From: an uncultured delta proteobacterium | GTDB taxonomy: Bacteria > Myxococcota > Kuafuiibacteriia > Kuafuiibacteriales > Kuafuiibacteriaceae | NCBI GenBank assembly: GCA_963803435.1 | Contig: CAWDML010000001.1 | Location: forward strand, 896,001-960,000 | Direction of reading: 5' to 3' | DNA: 64,000 bases | Position numbers and translations under genes: made by a program | Notes under the pieces: generated by a model | Told to the model about the DNA's origin: nothing | Database searches by the model: none | Seen by the model: only the letters and a program-made list of their open reading frames with translations | Part shown: positions 39,188 through 48,250 of the stretch, in pieces | How positions within the stretch are numbered: position 1 is the stretch's first letter | Layout of the letters: each line of letters starts with the position of its first letter

Positions 39188-40251
39188 GCATCTACTCTCT
39201 CGAGAACGAGCGACGAGAGGTGTCCGCTGTACGAGACGCAGTTCGTGATGGCGCCCCCGATGGCGCGGTCCGAGCGCATGGTCATCAGTGCGGCGATGAC
39301 GCCGAAGACACCGCTCGTACCGAGGCTCTCGCCAATCAACGACTTCGGTTGGATCGTGCGCGCTCGTTCGAACAGCTCGCGGACCGCGCTCGACTCGGCG
39401 TCGTCCGTCGGTCCGTAGCCGTTGCAGCCCGAGACCACCAGCGACACCCGAGACGCATCGAGCCGCGCGGAGCGGAGCGCCGCCTCCATGTTCTGCGCGA
39501 CGGTCGTGCGCGAGGGTCGCTGCCACGCAAAGGCCGATGCGTGCCCCGAGACCTTCGCGAGCGGCTCTGCGTGACGGGCACGAGCGTGATCGGCGCGCTC
39601 CAGCAGGAGGAAGGCCGCGCCTTCGGAGGGAGCGACGGCCGGGAGGAGCCCGACCTTCTTCAGGTGCGCGAGGGACTCGACGCAGAGCTCTTCTGCACCA
39701 CCCGCCATCACCATGGAGGCGCGTCCCGATCGGATCAGGCTCATGCCGTATCCGATCGCGTCGAGCCCCGAAGCCGTGCCGCTGGAGAGCGTCGTGTTGG
39801 CTCCGACCAGACGGTGTCGGATCGCGACCTGGCTGGCGGGCGCGTTCATGCTCGTGTTTGGGAAGAGCGATGCGGTGACGAAGTTCGGTCCTTCTACGAT
39901 TCGCTCCCGGATGAACTCCATCATGCTCGCGAGCGGACCGAAGGCGGTGCCCAGAACGACGGCCAAGCCCGCGCCCACCGACGTCAGGTCGAGGCGGCCG
40001 CTCGAGGCCGCTTCGGCCGCCGCGATCAACGCGAACCTGGTGATGCGATCCAGCGTTCGAAGCCCCTTCGCGCCGAGGTGCGCCTTGGCATCGAACTCGG
40101 GAACCTCTCCGCCGACCGAGCCCGCGCCCGCTCTCGGGCCCGTCAACTCACGGAGCGGTGAGCGCGAGTTGGAGAGCCCATCCCAGAAGGGCCCGACGCC
40201 GATTCCGTAGGGGCTCACCACGCCAACGCCGGTGATCAGGATTTCAGTCAT
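39184..40251 (-). CDS. Catalytically inactive ketosynthase (chain-length-factor-like)
   Basis: KS fold (ITGVGVVSP, AGGAEE, EGAA), but Cys replaced (SGTASG) and both His lost (GCNG, GESLG). Confidence 0.85.
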   Translation of the reverse strand: MTEILITGVGVVSPYGIGVGPFWDGLSNSRSPLRELTGPRAGAGSVGGEVPEFDAKAHLGAKGLRTLDRITRFALIAAAEAASSGRLDLTSVGAGLAVVLGTAFGPLASMMEFIRERIVEGPNFVTASLFPNTSMNAPASQVAIRHRLVGANTTLSSGTASGLDAIGYGMSLIRSGRASMVMAGGAEELCVESLAHLKKVGLLPAVAPSEGAAFLLLERADHARARHAEPLAKVSGHASAFAWQRPSRTTVAQNMEAALRSARLDASRVSLVVSGCNGYGPTDDAESSAVRELFERARTIQPKSLIGESLGTSGVFGVIAALMTMRSDRAIGGAITNCVSYSGHLSSLVLERVDA

Positions 40252-41425
40252 GGCACGCCTCCTCCACCCGCCGCAGCAGCAAGCAGCAATTGTTGCCACC
40301 AAACGCGAACGAGTTCGAGAGCGCGAACCGCACCTCTGCCTCCCGCGCCTCGTTCGGCACGCAGTCGAGATCGCACTCCGGATCGGGTTCGCGATGATTC
40401 ATGGTGGGCGGAATGCATCCGCGAGAGATGCTCAGCGCGCACGCGATCGCCTCGAGCGCGCTCGCGGCTCCGAGCGAGTGTCCGAGCGTCCCTTTGATCG
40501 AGGTCAGCGGCACGTTGCGCGCGCGCTCTCCGAGAAGACGCTTCACAGCCAACGTTTCGATCCGATCGTTCGCGGGCGTCCCGGTTCCATGAGCGTTGAC
40601 ATAATCGATCTGGGCCGGCCACGCGCCCGCGTCGTTCAGCGCTCCTCGCATCGACGCGAACGCGCCATCACCCTCCGGGTGTGGCGAGGTCATGTGGTGC
40701 GCATCGCAGCTCAGACCATAGCCGGCGAGCTCGGCATAGATGCGGGCTCCTCTCGCCTTCGCGCGATCGAGAGGCTCGAGGACCAACATGCCGGCGCCCT
40801 CGGCGAGCATCATTCCGCTCCGATCACCCGAGAACGGGCGAGGAACGTCGGCCGCCATCCCGCCCAGCTTGTGGAAGCCGGTGTACGCGGTCAAAGAGAA
40901 CGGCTCGACCGCGCCCGCGATCATCGCGTCGACTTCGCCGGCGCGAAGAAGATCGAGCGAGTGACCGAGCGTGTAGTTGCCCGCGGCGCACGCCGTCGGA
41001 ATGATCATGTTGGGACCGGAGAGCTGAAGCTCCGCTGCCACGCGCGCAGGGATCAGGTAGGTCGGAAACCAGCCGTACTCGTCGAGCTCGCCCGACTCGC
41101 TTCGGCGCCAGCGCGCCTCGCCCATCTCTTCCATCGCGGGCGACTCGCCGTAAGCGGTGCCGAGGCAGACGCCAGTCCGCAGGCCTTGCGGCTGGAAGTT
41201 CGCATCCTCCACTGCCATGCGCGCCGCCTCGACGGCCAGATCGCACGCGCGCGCCGGTGCCTGATCTGGGATCTGGCCCCCACGCTTCAAGCGATACTCC
41301 GACGTATCGATGCAGTTGATCTCCGAGATACCGGAGTTGCCGCGGATGAGGTTGCTCCAGAACGGTTCGACACCGCGACCGACGGGAGCGATAACACCAA
41401 GTCCAGTAATGACGACACGTGACAC
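40244..41425 (-). CDS. fabF: Beta-ketoacyl-ACP synthase (FabF/type II KS)
   Basis: TACAAG (Cys), NAHGTGT and GHSLGA (His-His), NSFAFGGNN. Confidence 0.92.
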   Translation of the reverse strand: MSRVVITGLGVIAPVGRGVEPFWSNLIRGNSGISEINCIDTSEYRLKRGGQIPDQAPARACDLAVEAARMAVEDANFQPQGLRTGVCLGTAYGESPAMEEMGEARWRRSESGELDEYGWFPTYLIPARVAAELQLSGPNMIIPTACAAGNYTLGHSLDLLRAGEVDAMIAGAVEPFSLTAYTGFHKLGGMAADVPRPFSGDRSGMMLAEGAGMLVLEPLDRAKARGARIYAELAGYGLSCDAHHMTSPHPEGDGAFASMRGALNDAGAWPAQIDYVNAHGTGTPANDRIETLAVKRLLGERARNVPLTSIKGTLGHSLGAASALEAIACALSISRGCIPPTMNHREPDPECDLDCVPNEAREAEVRFALSNSFAFGGNNCCLLLRRVEEACHD

Positions 41426-41929
41426 GGTCGTGAGATGTTAACAAAAGCCTAGGTCGGAGCAACGGTGAGTGCCGCTCCGCCGTCGACTCAGATGCTGATA
41501 GCTCGTCTTGTGAAGTGCAACTTATCTTGCAAGAGCGGACGCGATGGTCGCAGAACCTACCCACACATCAGTGACGGTCGGCCGATACGTGGAGTGCGCA
41601 GGGCCGGCGCGATTGAGCACGTATGTATCGTTGGTCTGGGTCGCGTGATCTTGAGCGCGCAGTACGTCGGTTGACAGTGAACGTCGCGCGCAACCGCTTG
41701 CAACGTGGTGACGAAGAGACGCTTCGCTTCAACACGTGCGAAGGCCAAACGTGTGACGGTCTCCCCCTTTGATCGGGCTGAAAGCGCTCAGCTACATCGT
41801 CGGTGTCACTACACGGTACGCGACCTCGGCGGGGAGGCCGGGAACGGCCCTCTGCTGGGCGTTCCTGTGCGTAGAGGTCATCGTGCAGGCGCGCCGATAC
41901 GATGCGCTGCGCCCACCGCCTGCGCTTGT

Positions 41930-42047
41930 GGTCGCGCTCGATGAGGAGAGCGTTGGGCGATCCCTCCGCCGCCCGGAGCGGCTCGGGCCACGCAGGCTCC
42001 GATTGATCGAGGGTGCGGCCGATGTGTCGATACTCTCTCATGGCCAT
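41930..42047 (-). pseudogene. Truncated N-terminus of a second arylsulfatase
   Basis: RBS AGGAG; IGRTLDQSEPAWPEPLRAAEGSPNALLI parallels the arylsulfatase N-terminus and breaks just before the DD motif. Confidence 0.6.
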
Positions 42048-42058
42048 CGAGTCTTCTC

Positions 42059-44449
42059 CTACTGGATCGCCATGCCGAGGCGCAGGCGCGCCTCGGGCGA
42101 GATCAGATGATCGAGATCCTGTGCATCCTTGCCGAGCGCAAGCTCGACCCAGGACACCTCCCCGCTGAACCTCGACTCGCGCTTTGGATAGTCGTAGGTG
42201 ACGGGTGATCCGTACTCCACGCCGACGTCGCAGGTCTCGTCGGCCGAGAAGAGCAACGGTTCGGTCTGATCCACGCGACCCTCCCCGACCTCTTGCCCGT
42301 CGACGTAGAGCGTCACGGTGCCGCCCTTTCCCAGCCCGCCACCGTCGTAGTCGAACTCCATCCGCACCTGATGCGTGCCGGCCGGGATCCTCGACTCCCC
42401 CTCGACCACGTAGCGGTCGAGGCCGAAGAAGTTGTAGCAGTACTTCGGCTTCCCACCCTTGGCGTAGAGGCTCCAGCCGCCGGTGACTCCGCCCTGCGCG
42501 ACAATCACCCCTTCTGCGCCGGACTCGGGGACGATCACCTCGGCAATGACTGCGTGCGACTTGTTCTTGACGTTGACGATCGAGCTCTCCGTGAGCCGGC
42601 CCATCCCACCGAAGAGGAGCTGGCGCTTGCCCCTGATCAGCTGCGGCCGCCCGGCGAGGTCCGGATTCGCGCGCTCGGACATTCGATCATCGAGCGGCAG
42701 GACGTTGTACCTGACCGCCTCGATCAGCCAGAGCCGCTGCAGCTCGTGGAGCTTCTCCGGCATCTCCTTCGCGAGATCCTTCGACTGCGTCCAATCCTCG
42801 AGCGTGTTGTAGAGCTCCCAGACGTCGTCGTCGAACGCGGGCAGATCGACGGCTCCAGTCTCCCAGGGCGTCCGGTGCTTCGTCACGGCCGTCCAGCCCT
42901 GGTGATAGATGCCGCGGTTCCCGAGCATCTCGAAGTACTGCGTCTCGTGGCGGTCGGCGGCCGCCGCGTCGTCGAACGAGTAGAGCATGCTGACACCCTC
43001 GATCGGTCGCTGCTGGACACCATTCACCATCATCGGCTCCGGCAGCATGGCGGCCTCGAGGATCGTCGGTGCCACGTCGATCGCGTGATGGAACTGGCCG
43101 CGGATCTCGCCTCTGGCCTGGATCCCCCTCGGCCAGTGCACAATCATTCCGTTGCGAGTGCCTCCGAAGTGCGAGGCGACCTGCTTCGTCCACTGAAAGG
43201 GCGTGTCCATGGCGTGGGCCCAGCCGACCGCGTAGTGGTTGTAGGACTCCACGCCGCCCAGGTCGTCCAGATGGGAGCTCAGGAACTCCGGAGTCTCCAG
43301 CGCGCCGAAGCCGGTGATCGTCACCATCTCGTTGTACGTCCCCTGCAGCGACCCCTCCGCCGAAGCGCCGTTGTCCCCGATCATCAGAAAGATCAGCGTG
43401 TCGTCGAGAACGCCGAGATCCTCGAGGGCGTCGATGAGCCGGCCGACGTGGTGATCGGTGTGCTCGAGGAAGCCGGCATAGACCTCCATCTCCCGCGCCA
43501 GGACCGGCTTCATCTCCTCCGAGACGTCCTCCCAGGCCGGTATCTCCGGATGCCGCACCGTGAGCTGGCTATCGGCCGGGATGACGCCGAGCTCCTTCTG
43601 CCGCGCGAACGTCTCCTCGCGCAGCGCGTCCCAGCCGGCGTCGAAACGACCTCGGTATCGGTCGGCCCACTCCTTTGGCACGTGGTGCGGTGCGTGCGTC
43701 GCTCCCGGCGCGAAGTAGGTGAAGAACGGCTTGTCCGGCATGAGGGCCTTCTGCTGTCGGATCCATCGGATGGCCTTGGTCGTCATGTCGTCTGTGAAGT
43801 GATAGCCCTGCTCCGGGCTCTTCTCCGGCTCGACCGGCGTCGTGCCCTCGTAGAGCGCCGGGTACCACTGGTTCGTCTCCCCGCCGATGAAGCCGTAGAA
43901 GTACTCGAAGCCACCGCCCCCGGTGGGCCAGGCGTCGAACGGCCCCATCGGGCTCGTCTGCCAGACCGGCACCTCGTGGCACTTGCCGAACTGCGCCGTC
44001 GCGTAGCCGTTGAGCTTCAGCGTCTCTGCGAGCGGTGAGATCGTGTTGGGACGGATCGAGCACTGCCCCGGCGCCGAGGTCGCGAACTCGGTGATCGAGC
44101 CCATCCCGCAGGAGTGGTGGTTGCGCCCGGTCATGAGCGCCATCCGCGTCGGCGAGCAGAGCGCAGTCGTGTGGAAGCGAGTGTAACGGAGGCCGTCGCC
44201 GCCGAGCCGCTCGAAGCTCGGCGTGCGACAGGGCCCACCGAACGCGCTGGAGGCGCCGAATCCGACGTCGTCGATGAGGATGATGAGGACGTTGGGCGCT
44301 CCTTTCGGCGGGCGCAAATCTCTGATCGGTGGATAGTGCGTCGCGGGGTCTCTCGCATCGAAGGTGGTCCCGCCTGCAGGCGGCCGGTCCGGCATCGGAA
44401 GGACGGCTCTATCGAGCTCTGACTTACTCGTTGATCGATCCTTTCGCAT
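42059..44449 (-). CDS. Arylsulfatase (Cys-type) with C-terminal beta-sandwich
   Basis: PNVLIILIDDVG, LCSPTRMALMTGR (CxPxR), GKCH, GDNG. Confidence 0.93.
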   Translation of the reverse strand: MRKDRSTSKSELDRAVLPMPDRPPAGGTTFDARDPATHYPPIRDLRPPKGAPNVLIILIDDVGFGASSAFGGPCRTPSFERLGGDGLRYTRFHTTALCSPTRMALMTGRNHHSCGMGSITEFATSAPGQCSIRPNTISPLAETLKLNGYATAQFGKCHEVPVWQTSPMGPFDAWPTGGGGFEYFYGFIGGETNQWYPALYEGTTPVEPEKSPEQGYHFTDDMTTKAIRWIRQQKALMPDKPFFTYFAPGATHAPHHVPKEWADRYRGRFDAGWDALREETFARQKELGVIPADSQLTVRHPEIPAWEDVSEEMKPVLAREMEVYAGFLEHTDHHVGRLIDALEDLGVLDDTLIFLMIGDNGASAEGSLQGTYNEMVTITGFGALETPEFLSSHLDDLGGVESYNHYAVGWAHAMDTPFQWTKQVASHFGGTRNGMIVHWPRGIQARGEIRGQFHHAIDVAPTILEAAMLPEPMMVNGVQQRPIEGVSMLYSFDDAAAADRHETQYFEMLGNRGIYHQGWTAVTKHRTPWETGAVDLPAFDDDVWELYNTLEDWTQSKDLAKEMPEKLHELQRLWLIEAVRYNVLPLDDRMSERANPDLAGRPQLIRGKRQLLFGGMGRLTESSIVNVKNKSHAVIAEVIVPESGAEGVIVAQGGVTGGWSLYAKGGKPKYCYNFFGLDRYVVEGESRIPAGTHQVRMEFDYDGGGLGKGGTVTLYVDGQEVGEGRVDQTEPLLFSADETCDVGVEYGSPVTYDYPKRESRFSGEVSWVELALGKDAQDLDHLISPEARLRLGMAIQ

Positions 44450-44458
44450 CGTCGAAGA

Positions 44459-44474
44459 AGCAATCGAGGTGCCA
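44459..44474 (-). promoter_or_regulatory. sigma-54 promoter for the arylsulfatase
   Basis: Consensus TGGCAC-CTCGA-TTGCT; predicted start site coincides with ATG 44449. Confidence 0.7.
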
Positions 44475-44499
44475 CCCCTCGCCTCGGCTCCGGTCTCTC

Positions 44500-44515
44500 G
44501 GGCATGCCGGTTGCT
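44500..44515 (+). promoter_or_regulatory. sigma-54-like promoter for the FGE gene
   Basis: GGGCAT-GCCGG-TTGCT, back-to-back with the arylsulfatase promoter. Confidence 0.5.
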
Positions 44516-44532
44516 CGAAGTGAAGGACAGCC

Positions 44533-45507
44533 ATGTCGAAGAGTGATCCGAAGACCTCTCCCTGCTGCGCCCTCTCGCGCATGGGGGTCGCGACTCGCCC
44601 GGCGCGGGGAAAGAAGCGCAGAGCCCGTGCACGAAGAGCCGCCCCCTCGGCGCAAGGGATGGTGGACCTGCCCGGCGACCGCTTCTGGATGGGAACGGAC
44701 GCCGCCGACGGGTTTCCGGACGACGGCGAGGGACCGATCCACGAGGTGCGGCTGGGCCCATTCCTGGTCGACGCTTGCGCCGTCACGAACGCGCAGTTCG
44801 CCGGGTTCGTGAAGCAGACGAGCTACGTCACCGATGCGGAGCGGTACGGCTGGTCGTTCGTCTTTCACCTCCTGCTCCCGGACGACTTTCCGCCGACGCG
44901 CGGGGTTGCCTGCGCGCCGTGGTGGCGTCAGGTCGAAGGGGCGCGCTGGTCTCGACCGGAGGGGCCGGGATCCTCGCTTCGGGATCGCGGGGATCATCCG
45001 GTCGTGCACGTCTCATGGAACGACGCCACGCAGTACGCGCGGTGGGCCGGCAAGCGCCTTCCGACCGAGGCGGAGTGGGAATATGCGGCGCGCGGCGGGC
45101 TGGTACAGGCGCGCTTCCCTTGGGGGGACGAGCTGACGCCGGAGGGGATGCACCGCTGCAACATCTGGCAGGGCACCTTTCCGGTCGAGAACACGCTCGA
45201 CGACGGCTACCTCGGGACCGCGCCGGCTCGGAGCTACCCGCCGAACGGCTTCGGTCTCTACAACAGCTCCGGTAATGTATGGGAGTGGTGCTCCGACTGG
45301 TTCAGCGCAGAGTCCTACCAGAGCAATGAGCGCCTCGATCCGAAGGGCCCGCGCGACGGCACCGCCCGCGTGATCCGCGGCGGCTCCTATCTCTGTCACG
45401 AGTCTTACTGCAACCGCTATCGCGTCGCGGCGCGATCGAGCAGCACCCCGGACAGCTCGACGGGCAACATGGGCTTTCGCTGCGTAGGCGCCGTTTCCAA
45501 GCGCTGA
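44533..45507 (+). CDS. Formylglycine-generating enzyme (sulfatase-modifying factor 1)
   Basis: RLPTEAEWEYAARGG, GNVWEW, RGGSYLCHESYCNRYRVAAR with both catalytic Cys; divergent from the sulfatase. Confidence 0.93.
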   Translation: MSKSDPKTSPCCALSRMGVATRPARGKKRRARARRAAPSAQGMVDLPGDRFWMGTDAADGFPDDGEGPIHEVRLGPFLVDACAVTNAQFAGFVKQTSYVTDAERYGWSFVFHLLLPDDFPPTRGVACAPWWRQVEGARWSRPEGPGSSLRDRGDHPVVHVSWNDATQYARWAGKRLPTEAEWEYAARGGLVQARFPWGDELTPEGMHRCNIWQGTFPVENTLDDGYLGTAPARSYPPNGFGLYNSSGNVWEWCSDWFSAESYQSNERLDPKGPRDGTARVIRGGSYLCHESYCNRYRVAARSSSTPDSSTGNMGFRCVGAVSKR

Positions 45508-45561
45508 GCCCGTGACTCATGCGGAGGCCGATCCCAGCCCGGCGGGTGATACGCTCCGCGC

Positions 45562-46542
45562 ATGCGCACCGTCGCCACGCAGGCCCGAGCCCTCGCGATC
45601 CCGATCCTCGGCATCCTCGCCGGCGCCTGTGCCACGGCACCTCGACGGCTGATCTACGAGACCATCCCGTCGCGGGCCGTCCACGCCAAGGAGACCTATG
45701 CAGTCTACTTGCCGCCGCGGTTCGATTCGGCGGAGCAGCTGCCGCTGGTGGTGTTCCTTCACGGCGGGGGAGACGGTGCCGATTGCTTCGACGAGGCCGG
45801 GGTCGGTCCGATCCTCGACGCCGCGATCGCGGCTGGGACCATGCCGCGGGTGGTGATCCTGGTACCCGACGGCGACCTCGGCTTCTGGGAGAACTGGTAC
45901 GACCGCTCGGCTCACTGGCGCGACATGGTGATGCACGAGCTCCTTCCGCGGGTCCGCGACCAGTACCGGACCGCGCCCTGCCCGGCGGGCTGTCACGTCA
46001 TGGGGATCTCGATGGGAGGTCACGGCGCGCTCCGCTTCGCGCAGCTCGAGCATCGCTCCTTCGCGTCGGCCACCATCATCAGCGGCGCGATCCTCGATAC
46101 CGACAAGATGATCGAGTTCTCGCAGAGCTTCCTGGTGAAGCTGTTCGTCCCGGTCGAGCGGATCTGGGGTCCGACGGACCACCGGGCCCGGATCGCGGAG
46201 CAAGACATCTTCCTGAGATGGCGCGGGCCCGCCGATCTGAAGGGCGTGCGGCTCCAGCTCGCCTGGGGAGACGCGGATCGAGGCGGCATTGCGGAGGCGA
46301 ACCAGCGCTTCGCCGCGCATCTGGATGCACACCACATCCCCTATCGGAAGCTGATCTTTCCCGGCGGCCACAAGTGGACCTCGTGGGCACCGGTCCTCCC
46401 CGAGCTGATCGCGCGGGCGGTGGCACCCCGCCCTCGTGCTTCGCCACTTGCCGCAAGCCCCCGTGTCTCGCAGAAGCTGGAAGTGGAAGAGGGTCGGGTC
46501 GATCGTCCGGCCGGCCACGAACAGCCGAAGTCGGCGTCGTAG
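45562..46542 (+). CDS. Putative esterase-family alpha/beta hydrolase lipoprotein
   Basis: LAGAC lipobox, VYLPP, FLHGGG, GISMGG, PGGHKW. Confidence 0.85.
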   Translation: MRTVATQARALAIPILGILAGACATAPRRLIYETIPSRAVHAKETYAVYLPPRFDSAEQLPLVVFLHGGGDGADCFDEAGVGPILDAAIAAGTMPRVVILVPDGDLGFWENWYDRSAHWRDMVMHELLPRVRDQYRTAPCPAGCHVMGISMGGHGALRFAQLEHRSFASATIISGAILDTDKMIEFSQSFLVKLFVPVERIWGPTDHRARIAEQDIFLRWRGPADLKGVRLQLAWGDADRGGIAEANQRFAAHLDAHHIPYRKLIFPGGHKWTSWAPVLPELIARAVAPRPRASPLAASPRVSQKLEVEEGRVDRPAGHEQPKSAS

Positions 46543-46596
46543 TCGTTGTCATTCTCCACTCCGTTGGCGCCGGTCGTCGTGTCCGTGATCAGCGGG

Positions 46597-47736
46597 TCAA
46601 GGCGCTGGGGGCCCGCGGTCCAGGACCTCGAGCTCCTTGCTGGGGCGCTTGAAGCTCAGACTCGCGGCCCACAGAAACGGCGCAGCGAACAACATCATGA
46701 TCAGCGCCCCAAAGGTGCTCTTGCCGGCAGTGGCGAGCGCCGCGAAGAAGAGGAGGAGGCCGAGGGGGCCGAGCGTGGCGGTCATGATCCCGCGGGTGAG
46801 CGGCCCCAGGCCGTAGACCTCGCGTCGCGCCGGCACGCGGTGCCGGAGCGGCGCCGGCTCAGGGGCCACCAGCTCCCTCGGCTCGGAGAGGATCTTCTGG
46901 ATCCGCTCTCGGACTCGTGTTGCCGAGGACTCGCGCTGCCTCGGATCCATCTGCAGCAGATCCGAGAGCAAGCGCTGGGTCTCGCGACGGGCCACCACCG
47001 CGCCCTCCCACGCGAGCTTACCGTCGAGGCCCATCAACGTCGCCGGGTCGCGCCGGGAGAGGAGGCCGACCAAGAGCGCTCCGAGGGCGTAAAGGTCGGT
47101 CGCCGGGTGCGCCTCGCCGCGAAACTGCTCGGGGGCCATGAAACCGTACGTGCCGGCGATCGTGCTGCCGCCGTGCTCGGACATCTGGACCACCTCCGCC
47201 ACCGCGCCGAAGTCGATCAACACGAGCGTCTCGTCTGCGCTCCTTCGCATCACGTTGGCCGGCTTTAGATCGCGATGAATGACTGGCGGCGCGAGCTGGT
47301 GGAGGTACTCGAGGATCGACGCGATCTCGTCGACGATCTCCAAGATCTGCACCTCGTTGAGGCGCCGCCGCTCGAGCTCATCGCGCAGCGTCTTGCCCTC
47401 GATGAACTCCTGCACCAGGTACAGTGCCCGGTGCTTCCCTTGGCCGTGCTCGAACGCTTCGAGAAAGCGAGGGATCGCGGAGTGCTCCAGCTGCTCGAGC
47501 ACCGCCGCCTCGCGCCGGATGAGCTCGTACCCCTTGGCACTCGGCGCGTGGCGGTAGGCCAGCTCCTTGATGGCGACGGTGCGGGAGTCGGCCAGCGCGG
47601 TCGCGCGGTAAGTGATGCCTTTGGCGCCACGGCCGACGATCGCCTCCAGCCGGTAGCGCGCGTCGAGGAGCGGCGGCCTGCCACAGCTCGCGCAGGGCTC
47701 GATCTCGGTTGCCGCTCCGCACCCGGCACAGATCAT
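46597..47736 (-). CDS. Ser/Thr protein kinase with N-terminal Zn-ribbon and two C-terminal TM helices
   Basis: CAGC..CASC; VAIKE, HRDLKPAN, DFG, GTYGFMAPEQ. Confidence 0.92.
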   Translation of the reverse strand: MICAGCGAATEIEPCASCGRPPLLDARYRLEAIVGRGAKGITYRATALADSRTVAIKELAYRHAPSAKGYELIRREAAVLEQLEHSAIPRFLEAFEHGQGKHRALYLVQEFIEGKTLRDELERRRLNEVQILEIVDEIASILEYLHQLAPPVIHRDLKPANVMRRSADETLVLIDFGAVAEVVQMSEHGGSTIAGTYGFMAPEQFRGEAHPATDLYALGALLVGLLSRRDPATLMGLDGKLAWEGAVVARRETQRLLSDLLQMDPRQRESSATRVRERIQKILSEPRELVAPEPAPLRHRVPARREVYGLGPLTRGIMTATLGPLGLLLFFAALATAGKSTFGALIMMLFAAPFLWAASLSFKRPSKELEVLDRGPPAP

Positions 47737-47839
47737 CGGGCCCGATACTATCTGTTTTGTTGGGGTCGAGCTCGAGGAGGCTCAACGCCCGCGTCGAGGG
47801 CCTCATCCCGGGCGGTTTCGTCGCTCGGAAAGGCCACCC

Positions 47840-48030
47840 GATCGCACGTTCCTCTGTCTCGCAAGAATGGGTTGAGGAGACGCTGCTCCGGATCGAGATC
47901 GTGCCGGCGCTCCCAGAATCGATCGAGGTTCTCGCCGTATCCGCGGGCCGCGTGCCAGGGGTTGAAGATCTCCTTGCCCCAATGGGCCGACCGCTGAAGG
48001 CGGACTCCATCTTCTGATGGAATTCACTCT
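47840..48030 (-). pseudogene. C-terminal remnant of an FAD-linked (ALO/gulonolactone-oxidase-like) oxidase
   Basis: With one frameshift reads GRP(H)WGKEIF...YGENLDRFWERRHDLDPEQRLLNPFL; no upstream domain. Confidence 0.55.
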
Positions 48031-48250
48031 GAAAGAGACCTCGCTGTCTGTTGCCTGTGAAGCACCCAATGTCCGGCGGGAGGAGGAGCCCTCATGCTCC
48101 CGGCCTGCGCGGTCACGGAACGCCGAGCGCCCAGGAGCGGAACGGGTCGACGGTCGGCCCGCACGGCTCGAGCCCGATCCGCTGTGGACCGCGGGTCACG
48201 TCTGTTCGCCCGACACCCATCACGCAGCACCTCGCGCAACCTTGGGCGCG

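Noticed and set aside
37032-41425. Housekeeping fab operon
   Set aside because: Lacks plsX/fabH/fabD, includes an inactive CLF-like KS and tailoring oxidoreductases
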